From NCBI GenBank assembly GCA_963677215.1, contig OY781919.1, positions 2,411,877-2,443,876 of the forward strand: a DNA stretch of 32,000 nt, read 5' to 3'. Shown here piece by piece: positions 30,641 through 32,000 of the stretch (its first letter is position 1; each line of letters begins with the position of its first letter). Under the pieces are notes generated by a model. The model worked only from the letters and a program-made list of their open reading frames with translations, did not search any database and had not been told where the DNA came from. The stretch is from Geopsychrobacteraceae bacterium (GTDB lineage: Bacteria; Desulfobacterota; Desulfuromonadia; Desulfuromonadales; Geopsychrobacteraceae). Position numbers and translations under genes: made by a program.

Positions 30641-31189
30641 ATGCAAATTGCTGTTACCTTCCGGCACATGGAGACTAGTGAAGCTGTCCGCAACTATGTT
30701 GAAGAAAAACTTGCCCGGGTAAAAAAATACATTGATGAGCCGATTGATGCTCAGGTTGTTCTGTCTGTTCAGAAAAAGATAAATCACCGTGCAGAAGTAA
30801 CCATGGTCGCCAAGGGGTTGACCATGAAAAGTGCTGAAGAAACCAGTGATATGTATGCCGCAATCGATCTGATGGTTGATAAGATCGAGCGTCAGCTCAA
30901 GCGTTACAAGGAAAAACTCAAACGCCACAAGGGGAGCAGTGGTCCCGAGCGTCGGGTAGAAAAAACTGTCATTTCCGCACCGAGTGTCGATGCGGATGAC
31001 GCTTCTCCAGAGATTATTCGCAGCAACTCCTTTTTCGTCAAGCCGATGTCGGTTGAAGAAGCTGTCATGCAAATGGATCTTCTCGAGAAGGACTTTCTGG
31101 TCTTCACCGATGACCGTTCTGAAGAGATGAACGTTGTCTATCGGCGTAAAGACGGTAACTACGGTCTAATTGTCCCACAGGGCAGCTGA
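30641..31189 (+). CDS. hpf: Ribosome hibernation-promoting factor, long form
   Basis: 'MQIAVTFRHMETSEAVRNYVEEKLARVKKYIDEPIDAQVVLSVQK' and C-terminal 'VVRRKFFVKPMSVEEAVMQMDLL...FVFTDDRSEEMNVVYRRKDGNYGLIVP'-type domain (actual: SNSFFVKPMSVEEAVMQMDLLEKDFLVFTDD). Confidence 0.93.
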   Translation: MQIAVTFRHMETSEAVRNYVEEKLARVKKYIDEPIDAQVVLSVQKKINHRAEVTMVAKGLTMKSAEETSDMYAAIDLMVDKIERQLKRYKEKLKRHKGSSGPERRVEKTVISAPSVDADDASPEIIRSNSFFVKPMSVEEAVMQMDLLEKDFLVFTDDRSEEMNVVYRRKDGNYGLIVPQGS

Positions 31190-31197
31190 TTGACCAG

Positions 31198-31225
31198 GGC
31201 GCGGGTCCTTTTAAGGGCCCGCGCC
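31198..31225 (+). terminator. GC-rich 11-bp stem (GGCGCGGGTCC / GGGCCCGCGCC, one G-T wobble), TTTTAA loop, T-rich tail
   Basis: Direct inverted repeat between the hpf stop and ptsN start, followed by TGTTTCTGTTG. Confidence 0.6.
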
Positions 31226-31258
31226 TGTTTCTGTTGACACAAGAAAACGAACTTGACT

Positions 31259-31714
31259 ATGAAAATTTCCGAACTACTCAATGCTCAGGCGATAGTCGCC
31301 GATCTCAAGGCAAAAGATAAGAACAAGGCGCTGGGTGAACTGACCGACGCGTTGATTGCCTGCGAACCATCCCTGAGCCGGGATAACGTCCTGGCTGTCC
31401 TGCTTGAGCGTGAAAAGCTTGGCAGTACCGGGATCGGTGACGGTGTGGCCATTCCTCACGGTAAACTGTCCGGTATCCCTGAACTGAAACTGGTTTTCGG
31501 CCGCAGCATCGGTGGTGTTGATTTTGAGTCGATGGACGGTCAGATGGCACATCTGTTCTTTCTGCTGATCGCTCCGGAAGAGTCGGTCGGAGTTCATCTC
31601 AAAACCCTGGCCCGGATCTCCAAGCTGCTCAAGGATCCCGCTGTTCGCCAGAAGCTGATGGCTGCTGCAGGTCAGGACGAGATTTTTCAGGTCATTGTTG
31701 ACGAAGAAGAATAA
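31259..31714 (+). CDS. ptsN: PTS IIA-like nitrogen-regulatory protein (PtsN/EIIA-Ntr)
   Basis: 'AIPHGKLSGIPELKLVFGRSIGGVDFESMDGQMAHLFFLLIAPEESVGVHLKTLARISKLLKD'; ATG 31259 chosen over the TTG at 31253. Confidence 0.9.
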   Translation: MKISELLNAQAIVADLKAKDKNKALGELTDALIACEPSLSRDNVLAVLLEREKLGSTGIGDGVAIPHGKLSGIPELKLVFGRSIGGVDFESMDGQMAHLFFLLIAPEESVGVHLKTLARISKLLKDPAVRQKLMAAAGQDEIFQVIVDEEE

Positions 31715-31778
31715 TACTGTTTTTCATGGCTCCGGAGCCTGATCCGGATGTGACCAATGGCTATATGCCCCGAGAATT

Positions 31779-32000
31779 ATGCCGAAGCTCACAATTCAGG
31801 AAATCTTAGATGAAACAGAGGCTGGTCTTGATCTTGAGCTTCTCGCCGGAGCCGAAGGCCTGGGCAATACTGTTTCTGCGCCACGGATCCAAAAACCGGG
31901 ACTAGCCCTGACCGGTTATACGACAAATCTTCACTCGGACCGTGTTCAGGTGCTTGGTTCGACCGAACTCAGTTATCTTGCAACCCTGCCCGGTGCCAAG
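31779..32000 (+). CDS. hprK: HPr kinase/phosphorylase, N-terminal fragment running off the right edge
   Basis: Manual translation from ATG 31779: MPKLTIQEILDETEAGLDLELLAGAEGLGNTVSAPRIQKPGLALTGYTTNLHSDRVQVLGSTELSYLATLPGAK; matches the HprK N-domain and lies next to ptsN. Confidence 0.85.
   Translation, partial: MPKLTIQEILDETEAGLDLELLAGAEGLGNTVSAPRIQKPGLALTGYTTNLHSDRVQVLGSTELSYLATLPGAK

Overview
The window looks like a Desulfuromonadales/Geobacter-like (delta-proteobacterial) chromosome segment; the taxonomic call is an inference from gene content and order. The right half is mostly conserved housekeeping synteny: phoH - pgpH(7TM-HD) - ybeY - corC-like - lnt; a Na/Pi cotransporter; then kdsB - pyrG - kdsA - kdsD - kdsC - lptC - lptA - lptB - rpoN - hpf - ptsN - hprK (partial). 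The left half, all on the minus strand, is more unusual. It holds (i) an edge-truncated protein joining an apparently intact PHP phosphoesterase domain to a TM-Cache-TM-PAS sensory region, (ii) an ActP-type symporter with a DUF485-like partner, (iii) an AT-richer interval with one orphan protein combining an NTase-like N-terminus with a thymidylate-kinase-like P-loop domain, (iv) ettA, and (v) the best candidate for an undescribed system: a tandemly duplicated, translationally coupled two-gene module (large helical/HEAT-like protein + HD-GYP-like phosphohydrolase, twice, 7438-14095). All four of its proteins appear to share the same N-terminal domain, marked by an 'LYxxxHPQ'-type motif. No CRISPR array, rRNA, tRNA or transposase was recognised.
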